48,833 nucleotides of DNA from Chloroflexota bacterium (GTDB lineage: Bacteria > Chloroflexota > Dehalococcoidia > Lucifugimonadales > Australimonadaceae), in assembly GCA_038109085.1 (NCBI GenBank), contig JAYNIL010000006.1:1-48833 (forward strand), written 5' to 3'. Within the stretch, counting starts at the first letter, position 1. Each line of letters begins with the position of its first letter. The translations under genes were made by a program, and so were the position numbers. Below the pieces are notes generated by a model. That model was given only the letters and a program-made list of their open reading frames with translations, did no database searches and was not told the origin of the DNA. This document shows positions 8,573 to 16,409 of this stretch, one piece after another.

Positions 8573-10321
8573 ATGCCCATCCGAGTCCTGCCGCCGGAGG
8601 TGGCCGCGGGGATCGCCGCTGGTGAGGTGATCGAGCGGCCCGCCTCGGTGGTGAAGGAGCTGGTGGACAACGCACTGGACGCCGGTGCGCGCTCCATCGC
8701 TGTGGAGCTGGAGCAGGGGGGCCTGGCTCGCATCCGGGTGTCCGACGACGGTTCCGGTATCCCCCCGGATGAGCTCCCGCTGGCCTTCACCCGCCACGCC
8801 ACCTCGAAGATCGCCTCGCTCACGGACCTGGACGCGCTGTCCACCATGGGGTTCCGGGGCGAGGCACTCGCCTCCATCGCCGCCACTGCGCGGGTGCGCC
8901 TCTCCTCGCGCCCCGCGGACGCTTCCGGCGCGGCCTACCTGGAGATGGCAGGCGTTAGCGCGGGGGCGTCGGGCACCGAACCCGCCGCTCCCGGAACCAC
9001 CGTCACCGTGGAATCGCTCTTCGCCTCGATACCGGCGCGCCTCAAGTTCCTGCGCTCCGTCCCCGCCGAGACCTCCCGGGTGCGGGCGGTGGTGCAGCGC
9101 GCCGCCATGGCCTTCCCCAGTGTGCGCCTGCGCCTGCGGGCCGACGGGCGCACGCTCTGCGAGAGCTCGGGCAACGGGGAACTGCGCGACGTGATGGCGG
9201 AGGTGTTCGACCCCCGGACCGCCGCCGCGCTGCTGGCCGTCGCCCCCTCGCCCCGCGCGCCATACGCGGCCCATGGGTTCGTCTCGCCCCCCTCGATGAG
9301 CCGCGCCAACCGCACGGGGATGCACCTGTTCGTCAACGGACGCGCGATATCGAGCCGCACCCTATCGGTTGCGGTGGAGGAGGCGTACCGTGGCTTATTG
9401 ATGGAGGGGCGTTACCCGCTCGCAGTACTGTTCCTCCAGGTGCCCCCCGCCGAGGTGGACGTGAACGTCCATCCCAACAAGCGCGAGGTCCGCTTCGTGC
9501 GCGACGCCGACGCCTTCTCCTCGGTGCAACGCGCTGTGCGCGAGACGCTGGTGGCCAGTGAGCCAGTGCCGGAGGCGCCGATGCTGCTGTCCGCGACAGC
9601 CGCGGCTGCCCCCGCGCCGGGGAGCATGTTCATGAGCGGCCTCACCGTCCCTGGCGCGTCCGGCCCGCTGCCGGAGCCCGGACCCGTTGGGATCGCCGAG
9701 CGTGCCGTGGTTTACGCACCCGCCCAGCCTAGTCAGCAGGCAGGCCTGCCACCGTTGCGGGTGCTGGGCCAGGTCGCGGGCGCCTACATAGCCGCCGAAG
9801 GGCCCGATGGGCTCTACCTGATAGACCAGCATGCCGCCCACGAGTCCGTGCTCTACTACCGCCTGCTGGCCGCCTGGGTGGGCGGACAGGGGCCCGCCGT
9901 GCAGCCGCTGCTGGAGCCGCTGCCCCTGGAACTGAGCCCCCAAGAACAGGAGGCCGCCGAGGACGCGCGGGAGGAGCTCGGCCGTTACGGCGTTTCCCTT
10001 GAGCCTTTCGGTCAAGAAGCGTGGCTCCTGCGCTCCCTCCCCGCGCTGGCGCGGCGCGTGGACCCGCGCCGCCTGGTGGCCGAGGCGTTGGAGGCGCACC
10101 AGCACCCCGGCTCCTACCCGGCGACGCATCAGGCGGTGGCCGCGTCCATCGCCTGCCACAGCGCAGTTCGCGCGGGTCAGGTGCTCAGCGCCGAGGAGAT
10201 GGAGGCCCTAGGCCGTGCGCTTGTGGAGGAGGCCAACCCCCAGCACTGCCCCCACGGGCGGCCCACCACGTTGCGCGTCTCCACGGTGGCGCTGGCCCGC
10301 GAATTCGGGAGGACGGGATGA
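8573..10321 (+). CDS. mutL: DNA mismatch repair endonuclease MutL
   Basis: IAAGEVIERPASVVKEL, GFRGEAL, VDVNVHP, DQHAAHE, CPHGRP. Confidence 0.97.
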   Translation: MPIRVLPPEVAAGIAAGEVIERPASVVKELVDNALDAGARSIAVELEQGGLARIRVSDDGSGIPPDELPLAFTRHATSKIASLTDLDALSTMGFRGEALASIAATARVRLSSRPADASGAAYLEMAGVSAGASGTEPAAPGTTVTVESLFASIPARLKFLRSVPAETSRVRAVVQRAAMAFPSVRLRLRADGRTLCESSGNGELRDVMAEVFDPRTAAALLAVAPSPRAPYAAHGFVSPPSMSRANRTGMHLFVNGRAISSRTLSVAVEEAYRGLLMEGRYPLAVLFLQVPPAEVDVNVHPNKREVRFVRDADAFSSVQRAVRETLVASEPVPEAPMLLSATAAAAPAPGSMFMSGLTVPGASGPLPEPGPVGIAERAVVYAPAQPSQQAGLPPLRVLGQVAGAYIAAEGPDGLYLIDQHAAHESVLYYRLLAAWVGGQGPAVQPLLEPLPLELSPQEQEAAEDAREELGRYGVSLEPFGQEAWLLRSLPALARRVDPRRLVAEALEAHQHPGSYPATHQAVAASIACHSAVRAGQVLSAEEMEALGRALVEEANPQHCPHGRPTTLRVSTVALAREFGRTG

Positions 10322-10944
10322 GTACCCCACTGCGCGTCCTGCTCGCCACGGCCAACCTGGCCAAGTCGGAGCGCCTGGCGTGGCTGTGCGCAGGGCTGTC
10401 CATTGAGACCGTGCGGCCCGCTGCGGGAGAGGGCCCGCAGGTGCCGGAGGATGCGGCGAGCCACCTGGGCAACGCCGTGCGCAAGGCGGTGGCCTGGTCG
10501 GCAGCGCGGGGCGGCGTGGCGCTGGCCTCAGATGGGGGCCTGGTGGTGCCTGCGCTGGAGGGGGAGTGGAGCTCCCTCACTACGCGACGCGCCACTGGCG
10601 CGGGGCCTGAGACGGACGAACAGCGCGCCGGACGGCTGCTGCGCCACATGGCACGCCTGGAGTGTGAATCGCGCGCCGCCCACTGGGTGGAGTCCGTCGC
10701 CATCGCGCGCGACGGACGGCTGGTGGGCGCCTGGCAGGCCCAGGGGCTCGCCGGGGTCATCGCCGCGTCCTACGAGCCCCAGCCGGGCGCGGTGGACGGC
10801 TTCTGGGTCAGCGGCCTCTGGGCGGAATCGGATGGCGGCAGGCGGCTGTGGGAGCTGGACGAGGCAAGCCATGAGCGCCTCGGCGACCCGTGGCTGTCCC
10901 TGGCGCCCCCCGTCCGTGACCTGCTCACCCGCATGGCGGGCTAG
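10318..10944 (+). CDS. Ham1/RdgB-family non-canonical NTP pyrophosphatase-like protein (divergent)
   Basis: LLATANLAK, VPED...NAVRKA, ASDGGLVVPAL. ATG overlaps the mutL stop. Confidence 0.75.
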   Translation: MSTPLRVLLATANLAKSERLAWLCAGLSIETVRPAAGEGPQVPEDAASHLGNAVRKAVAWSAARGGVALASDGGLVVPALEGEWSSLTTRRATGAGPETDEQRAGRLLRHMARLECESRAAHWVESVAIARDGRLVGAWQAQGLAGVIAASYEPQPGAVDGFWVSGLWAESDGGRRLWELDEASHERLGDPWLSLAPPVRDLLTRMAG

Positions 10945-11861
10945 GGGAGTCGCACGCCCCCGGGGCCGATCGCCACCAGCCCGTCGGCGGCGAGGCGCTG
11001 CACCAGGGCTGTGAGCCACGCCTCGTGTTCGGCGTGCCGGTAACCCTCGTGCACCTGCGGGCCCAGCGCATCCAGGGACAGCGCAGCGCCTGCGGGCAGT
11101 GCGCGCAGCGCGGACACCACGCGGCCCCGGTACTGGCGCATCGAGCCTGCGAATCGGCCTTGCTTGGGCACATAGGGCACCGAGGCCGCGGCCAGCGCGC
11201 GCCCCACCTCGCCCTCCAGCGCCGGTGCCGCCGCGCAGAGCGCTCGCAGGGGACACGCCCCACAGGCGGGCCGGGCAGCGGTGCAGAGGGTGGCGCCGAT
11301 GTCCATGAGCGCCTGGTGCCATGCCGATGCGTCCAGCGGTGCGCCAGGGCCGGGTACCAGCGCCGCCACCAGCGGGTCCAGGGCTGCTCGGGCCGGGGCC
11401 TGCGCCCCGTGGTGCACGCGGGATAGCACCCGGTAGACGTTGGTGTCTGCCACCGGGACGGCGGAGCCGAAGGAGAAGCAGGCCACGGCCGCTGCGGTGT
11501 AGGGGCCGATGCCGGGCAGAGCGCGCAGTTCCTCAACGCTGGCGGGCAGCGCACCAGCGTGCTCGCGCACCACCACCTGCGCCAACCGGTGCAGACGGAC
11601 GGCGCGCCCGTTGTACCCCATGCCCGACCAGACGCGGATGACGTCACCCGGCCCCGCGGCAGAAAGCGCCTCCAGCGTGGGGAAGGCGGTCAGGAATTCC
11701 CTGTACTTGGGGACGACGCGCTCCACCTGGGTCTGCTGGAGCATCACCTCCGAGACCAGGATGGCGTAGGGGTCGCGGGTGTGACGCCACGGCAGATCGC
11801 GCGCCTGCGCGGACCACCAGGCGCGGACGGCGGCGTGCAGGTCATGAGCGGCTGGGGTCAC
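10941..11861 (-). CDS. mutY: A/G-specific adenine glycosylase
   Basis: RDLPWR, LVSEVMLQQTQV, LPGIGPYTA, DTNV, CTAARPACGACPLRALC 4Fe-4S motif. GTG start overlaps the tlpA stop. Confidence 0.93.
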   Translation of the reverse strand: MTPAAHDLHAAVRAWWSAQARDLPWRHTRDPYAILVSEVMLQQTQVERVVPKYREFLTAFPTLEALSAAGPGDVIRVWSGMGYNGRAVRLHRLAQVVVREHAGALPASVEELRALPGIGPYTAAAVACFSFGSAVPVADTNVYRVLSRVHHGAQAPARAALDPLVAALVPGPGAPLDASAWHQALMDIGATLCTAARPACGACPLRALCAAAPALEGEVGRALAAASVPYVPKQGRFAGSMRQYRGRVVSALRALPAGAALSLDALGPQVHEGYRHAEHEAWLTALVQRLAADGLVAIGPGGVRLP

Positions 11862-12451
11862 GAGGCCAGTAGCGCGTCCAGCGCCGCGCGAAGCGCCTCC
11901 GGTGACATGGGTCCGATGATCTTGCGCACGATGCGTCCCTCGCGGTCCAGGAAGAACTTCTCCGGCACCCCTCGCACGCCGAACGAGACGCCCAAGCGTC
12001 CATCGGCGTCCAGCAGGTTGGGGTAACCCACGCCGTAGCGCTCGATGTGGCGCAGGCTCGCTCCCGCATCGTCCCATATGGCGATGCCCACGAACTCCAC
12101 GCCTTGGCCCGCGTACTCACGCTGGACGGCGGCCAGGCTCTCGGCCTCCAGGCGGCACGCCACGCACCAGGAGGACCAAAAGTCCACCACCACCACCTTC
12201 CCCGCCAGGGTGGCGTTGTTGACCACGCCTGAGCCGGAGATGTCGAAGCCGGAGTAGGCAGGCGTGCGCTGGAGGGTTACTGGCTGCTCGGCGGTCTCGT
12301 TGAACTCGGCCAATCCCCCCGGCGTGCCGCCGGTGGCCACCAGCCCCCACGCCAGCAGGCCCACCAGCGCCAGCACCGGCGACATGGCCAGGGCGAACAG
12401 GAGGGCTCGGCGGCGGGTCCAGCCGGTGGGTGCGGATGCGGGTTCGGTCAT
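11858..12451 (-). CDS. TlpA/ResA-like membrane-anchored thiol-disulfide reductase
   Basis: N-terminal TM helix, VVDFWSSWCVAC, GVPEKFFLDREG. Confidence 0.9.
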   Translation of the reverse strand: MTEPASAPTGWTRRRALLFALAMSPVLALVGLLAWGLVATGGTPGGLAEFNETAEQPVTLQRTPAYSGFDISGSGVVNNATLAGKVVVVDFWSSWCVACRLEAESLAAVQREYAGQGVEFVGIAIWDDAGASLRHIERYGVGYPNLLDADGRLGVSFGVRGVPEKFFLDREGRIVRKIIGPMSPEALRAALDALLAS

Positions 12452-12476
12452 GGGCACACGCTCGTAGGAGATAGAC

Positions 12477-12504
12477 GAGGAGAGGGCCGCAGGGCCCTCT
12501 CCTC
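12477..12504. terminator. hairpin downstream of the 68-aa gene
   Basis: GAGGAGAGGGCC-GCAG-GGCCCTCTCCTC is a perfect 12-bp stem. Confidence 0.55.
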
Positions 12505-12532
12505 AGTGTACGCGTCGAATGAGCCGAAGGCT

Positions 12533-12739
12533 CTAATCGGCTCCGGAGAGCTCGTGGGCTGCGATGGACGCCTCACCCAGGGTGACGTAGGTTTCCTTGG
12601 CGCTGCCGCAGACCACCTCGTAGACGGAGGAAGCCACGCCTGAGGTGGCGGTGGTCACGGCGCCGCTCTCGGCGACCTCGTACACCTCGGCCTTGCCCTT
12701 GGGGCCTTCGATCGTTGCGATGAGGGAGCGCTGTGCCAT
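12533..12739 (-). CDS. hypothetical small protein (68 aa)
   Basis: Strong GGAGGA RBS, host-like codon usage, flanked by hairpins. Confidence 0.75.
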   Translation of the reverse strand: MAQRSLIATIEGPKGKAEVYEVAESGAVTTATSGVASSVYEVVCGSAKETYVTLGEASIAAHELSGAD

Positions 12740-12816
12740 GTTCTTCCTCCGGAGAGTAGTGGGACGGCCGAGCCCTCGCCGGTAGCGGAAAGGGGGCCGA
12801 TGATGCGAGAGAACAG

Positions 12817-12869
12817 CGGAATCATAGCACCGGGCGTACGGATTGCTGCCCGTACGCCCGGTGATTCCG
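12817..12869. terminator. long inverted repeat downstream of ligJ
   Basis: CACCGGGCGTACGG...CCGTACGCCCGGTG is a perfect 14-bp stem (12828-12863), extended by CGGAAT/ATTCCG. Confidence 0.55.
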
Positions 12870-12889
12870 TCAGGAAAAGCCGCGACGGT

Positions 12890-13930
12890 TTACTTGCCGG
12901 CGGGCAGCTTCAGGCGCGGGAAGACCTTCTTGGCGTTGTCCTCGAAGATGTTCTTCTTGTCCTGGTCGGTCAGCCAGTCGATCGACTCGATGACTGGCTT
13001 AGTGTCGTCCATCCACTTGCCGTTGGCGGGGTCGATGGCCGTACCGGAACCCGGCTTCTCGGTGCCGAACATGCATCGGTCGGTGCCGCAGATCTTGAAC
13101 AGGAGGTCCAGGGACTCCTTGTTGTATAGGACCGCATCGTAGTACATGCGGCGGATCGAGGCGTCGAAGTCCTCGAGATTGGCGTTGGCCTTCATGTCGT
13201 TGAACCGGCGCACGCGCCAGCGGCCGACCTGGAAGGGCACGGAGCCGCCGCCGTGGGCGACGATGATCTTCAGCTTCGGGAAGTCCTTGAACACGGTGGA
13301 CTGCGGCTTGGCCAAGTTCAGCACCACCTGCGACTCGGTGGTGATGAAGTGGGCGGAGTAGGACTCACGGGGGTCCTTGCAGGCCGCGGAGTGGATGTGA
13401 ATCGGGATGTCCAGGGCCACGCACTTCTCGTACAGGGGGTACCAGTACTTGTCGGACATGGGAGGCGTGTAGTGGGCATCGCCAGGCTGGGAGCCGAGGC
13501 CCTCGCCGGGGTCAGGGTTGATCATGACGCCGATGAAGCCCAGCTCGTTTATGGCCCGGTCGATTTCCTCAAGCAGGTGCTTGGAGTCGGGCTCGCCGGA
13601 GTGCTGGGGCAGGGCGGCAACGCCAGCGAAACGGTCGGGGTGAGCCTTGACCTGCTTGGCGATGACGTCGTTGTTGACCTGGCACCACCAGTCGACGATG
13701 GCCGTGGGCTTCTCGGAATGCATCATCTGGAACGGGCGGGGCGAGAGGAACTGCATGTCCGTGCCCACGCTGTCCATGATCTCGATGTTCTGCTTGGCGA
13801 ACTGCTCCACCCGCTCGTCGGAGAGGCTCAGGGCACCCTTGCCGTGGTATCCACCCCCAGCCATGAGCAGGGCGCGCCAGGCGTATAGCTCCGGCGGCGC
13901 CACCGTGTGGGCGTGCATGTCAAGAATCAT
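12890..13930 (-). CDS. ligJ: amidohydrolase_2-family 4-oxalomesaconate hydratase (LigJ-like)
   Basis: MILDMHAH, QFLSPRP, ALPQ, INPDPG, WYPLYEK, HGGGSVPFQVGR, MFGTE. Confidence 0.75.
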   Translation of the reverse strand: MILDMHAHTVAPPELYAWRALLMAGGGYHGKGALSLSDERVEQFAKQNIEIMDSVGTDMQFLSPRPFQMMHSEKPTAIVDWWCQVNNDVIAKQVKAHPDRFAGVAALPQHSGEPDSKHLLEEIDRAINELGFIGVMINPDPGEGLGSQPGDAHYTPPMSDKYWYPLYEKCVALDIPIHIHSAACKDPRESYSAHFITTESQVVLNLAKPQSTVFKDFPKLKIIVAHGGGSVPFQVGRWRVRRFNDMKANANLEDFDASIRRMYYDAVLYNKESLDLLFKICGTDRCMFGTEKPGSGTAIDPANGKWMDDTKPVIESIDWLTDQDKKNIFEDNAKKVFPRLKLPAGK

Positions 13931-14061
13931 TCCCGATCCTCCTTAGTGTGCAGGCTGGTGTTTCAGCCGTGCCTGTTTTGCGGGACGCGGGTTGCGCCGG
14001 CGCACCTGCGTGCGGCGCGCGCGCCGGGGCGGTCCCCGCTCTTCCCGCGGCGAGCACGCCG

Positions 14062-14090
14062 TTTCTACATGGCCCCCCCTGGGATGTCAA
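14062..14090 (-). promoter_or_regulatory. sigma70-type promoter candidate for ligJ
   Basis: Minus strand TTGACA-TCCCAGGGGGGGCCATG-TAGAAA (17-bp spacer). Confidence 0.45.
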
Positions 14091-14214
14091 GAGCGGGGAG
14101 GCGGTGGGCTTGGGCGCGGGCGCGAGCCGGTGTATAAAGTGCACGAACGTTTACCGGTATTCCTGCACCGCGCCCGCGCGGGCGGGCTTCTCATCCTTGC
14201 ACAAGGAGGCCACC

Positions 14215-15291
14215 ATGGCTGACATCGTTCTCGGTATCGGCACCTCTCACTCTCCCATGCTCGCCCTCACCGGGGAGCAGTGGAACCGCTATCGCGCCGT
14301 GGACTACAAGTCCGAGGCACTGGTCTTCCCCCCCGAGGGTATCTCCATGTCCTACGAGGAGGGCCTCAAGCGCGTCCCCACCGCCATCCGGGAGAAGCCG
14401 CTGACCCTCGAAGTGTTCGAGGAGCAGGCGGCCGCCTGCCAGCGGGGCATCGCGGAGCTGGCCAAGACCTTCGCCGAGGTCAACCCTGACGTGACGGTCA
14501 TCATCTCCGACGACCAGGACGAGTGGTTCTTCGACTCCCTGATGCCCGCGTTTACCGTCTTCTGGGGCAAGTCGGTGCCCATCCACCCCCGCGTGGCCCG
14601 CGGCCCGCACGACAAGGACATCGCCGAAGCCATCGCCAAGGGCTACGGCGATGTAGCCATGGACGTGCCGGTGCAGCAGGAGCTGGGCCGCCACGTCATC
14701 AACTACATGATCGAGCACGAGTTCGATGTCTCGCACTTCACCGAGGTGCGGGAGAACTACGGCGGCTCAGTGGTGCGCCGCTACCCCACGGGTGACGGCG
14801 AGTCGGACGCGGTGCGCGTCACCGAGCCGGTGGACCAGGGGCTGCCCCACGGCTTCGCCTTCGTGGTCAAGCGCATTATGGGCAACAAACCCCGCACCAT
14901 CCTCCCCATCTTCGAGAACACCTGCTACCCGCCCAACCAGCCCACGGCCAAGCGCTCCTACAAGTTCGGCCAGGCTGTGGCTGATGCGGTGCGCTCCTGG
15001 GACTCGAACGCGCGGGTGTGCATCGTGGGCTCCGGCGGGCTCTCGCACTTCGTCACCGACGAGGTGCTGGACCGCGCGTGCCTGAGCGCCTTGGAGAAGA
15101 AGGATGCCCAGGGGCTCATGTCCCTGCCTCGCGAGAGGCTCTACTCCGCCGCCTCGGAGACCCAGAACTGGGTGGCCCTGGGTGGGGCCATGGCGGACAC
15201 CCCGCTGAAGATGGAGCTTATCGAGTACGTCCCCGTGTACCGCACCGAGGCGGGCACCGGCGGCGGTTGGGCCTTCGCCCGCTGGCAGTAA
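14215..15291 (+). CDS. desZ: class III extradiol dioxygenase, 3-O-methylgallate 3,4-dioxygenase (DesZ)-like
   Basis: MADIVLGIGTSHSPML, SDDQ.E.F, PHGFAFV, NTCYPPNQPT, SGGLSHFV, SETQNW, YVPVYRTEAGTG match DesZ as I recall it. AAGGAGG RBS. Confidence 0.75.
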   Translation: MADIVLGIGTSHSPMLALTGEQWNRYRAVDYKSEALVFPPEGISMSYEEGLKRVPTAIREKPLTLEVFEEQAAACQRGIAELAKTFAEVNPDVTVIISDDQDEWFFDSLMPAFTVFWGKSVPIHPRVARGPHDKDIAEAIAKGYGDVAMDVPVQQELGRHVINYMIEHEFDVSHFTEVRENYGGSVVRRYPTGDGESDAVRVTEPVDQGLPHGFAFVVKRIMGNKPRTILPIFENTCYPPNQPTAKRSYKFGQAVADAVRSWDSNARVCIVGSGGLSHFVTDEVLDRACLSALEKKDAQGLMSLPRERLYSAASETQNWVALGGAMADTPLKMELIEYVPVYRTEAGTGGGWAFARWQ

Positions 15292-15311
15292 GGATCTCGG
15301 TTTACACGCAC

Positions 15312-15345
15312 GAACGGCCCGCCCCACGGCGGGCCGTTCTCTTTT
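15312..15345 (+). terminator. intrinsic terminator
   Basis: GAACGGCCCGCC-CCAC-GGCGGGCCGTTC followed by TCTTTT. Confidence 0.75.
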
Positions 15346-15433
15346 CTCGCGCTACCCCCGTCTGGCAGTGGCGCCGATGGGGCGCTAGTATGCCTGCGCC
15401 CCTGGAGGGGCGGGCCGTACCCAAGGAGGCGAC

Positions 15434-16333
15434 ATGCGTATCGGCATCGGCATCCCTACGGTGGTGCCTCATGACAGACCGGAGCTGCTGCTGGAGTGGG
15501 CACGTCGTGCCGACGCGGCGGGCTTCTCCAGCCTCAGTGTGCTGGACCGACTTGTGTACGAGAATCCGGAACCCCTGGTGACCCTGGCCATAGTGGCGGG
15601 GGTGACCAAGCGCGTGCGTCTCCTCACCTCTGTACTGCTGGCGCCCCTGCGCCCTGCTGGGCTGCTGGCCAAGGAGGCAGCCACGCTGGACATGCTCTCT
15701 GGCGGACGGCTCACCTTGGGCCTGGGCGTGGGCAACCGGGAGGATGATTTCACCGCATCCCCCGCTGTCTACCGCAACCGGGGCGCGCACTTCGAAGAGC
15801 AGCTCGCGACCATGAAGCAAATATGGGAGGGCGGCCCCGCCGCCAAGGGCGCGGGCCCCGCAGGTCCGGCGCCTGCCCGCAAGGGTGGCCCGGAGCTGCT
15901 AATCGGCGGGCGTGCCCCCGCGGCTCTGCGCCGATCCGCCCGCTGGGGCGACGGGTACGTCATCGGCTCCGTCTCCAACCCGGAGGCGGCGAGGCAGACC
16001 TACGACGTGGTGGCCGCGGAGTGGAAGGCGCTGGGCAAGCCCGGCCGACCGCTGTTTGTGGGAGGCCTGGCCTGCGCCATCGGCGAGGAGGCAGCGCGTA
16101 TCACTATGGAAGAGGTGCAGCGCTACTACGCCTACCAGGGCGGGCCTCCAGGAAATGCGCCCGGCCGCCCCGGCCCCTCCACTGCTGCGGGCGCCCGGCT
16201 GCTCCCGCACACCCCGGCCGCCATCAAGGAGCAGCTGAAGGCTTGCGAGGCGGCGGGGGTGGACGAGGTGCTGCTGCGTCCCGGCGTCTTCGACCCGGAG
16301 CAGGTGGACATGCTGGCCTCAGCCGCTCTGTAG
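15434..16333 (+). CDS. LLM-class flavin/F420-dependent oxidoreductase
   Basis: EWARRADAAGFSSLSVLDRLVY, SGGRLTLGLGVG, LLIGG. Confidence 0.92.
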   Translation: MRIGIGIPTVVPHDRPELLLEWARRADAAGFSSLSVLDRLVYENPEPLVTLAIVAGVTKRVRLLTSVLLAPLRPAGLLAKEAATLDMLSGGRLTLGLGVGNREDDFTASPAVYRNRGAHFEEQLATMKQIWEGGPAAKGAGPAGPAPARKGGPELLIGGRAPAALRRSARWGDGYVIGSVSNPEAARQTYDVVAAEWKALGKPGRPLFVGGLACAIGEEAARITMEEVQRYYAYQGGPPGNAPGRPGPSTAAGARLLPHTPAAIKEQLKACEAAGVDEVLLRPGVFDPEQVDMLASAAL

Positions 16334-16353
16334 GGCTTGTCAGAGGAACGAGT

Positions 16354-16386
16354 GAGGGGGCGCCGCGATGCGACGCCCCCTCTTTT
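16354..16386. terminator. probable bidirectional terminator between convergent genes
   Basis: GAGGGGGCGCCGC-GAT-GCGACGCCCCCTC plus TTTT. Confidence 0.65.
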
Positions 16387-16409
16387 CGTCCCATGAACCG
16401 GCGCTCGGC

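Noticed and set aside
10941-11200. MutY lacking the C-terminal NUDIX-like domain
   Set aside because: The short QxxFxGSxRQxRG tail is a known actinobacterial-type MutY form.
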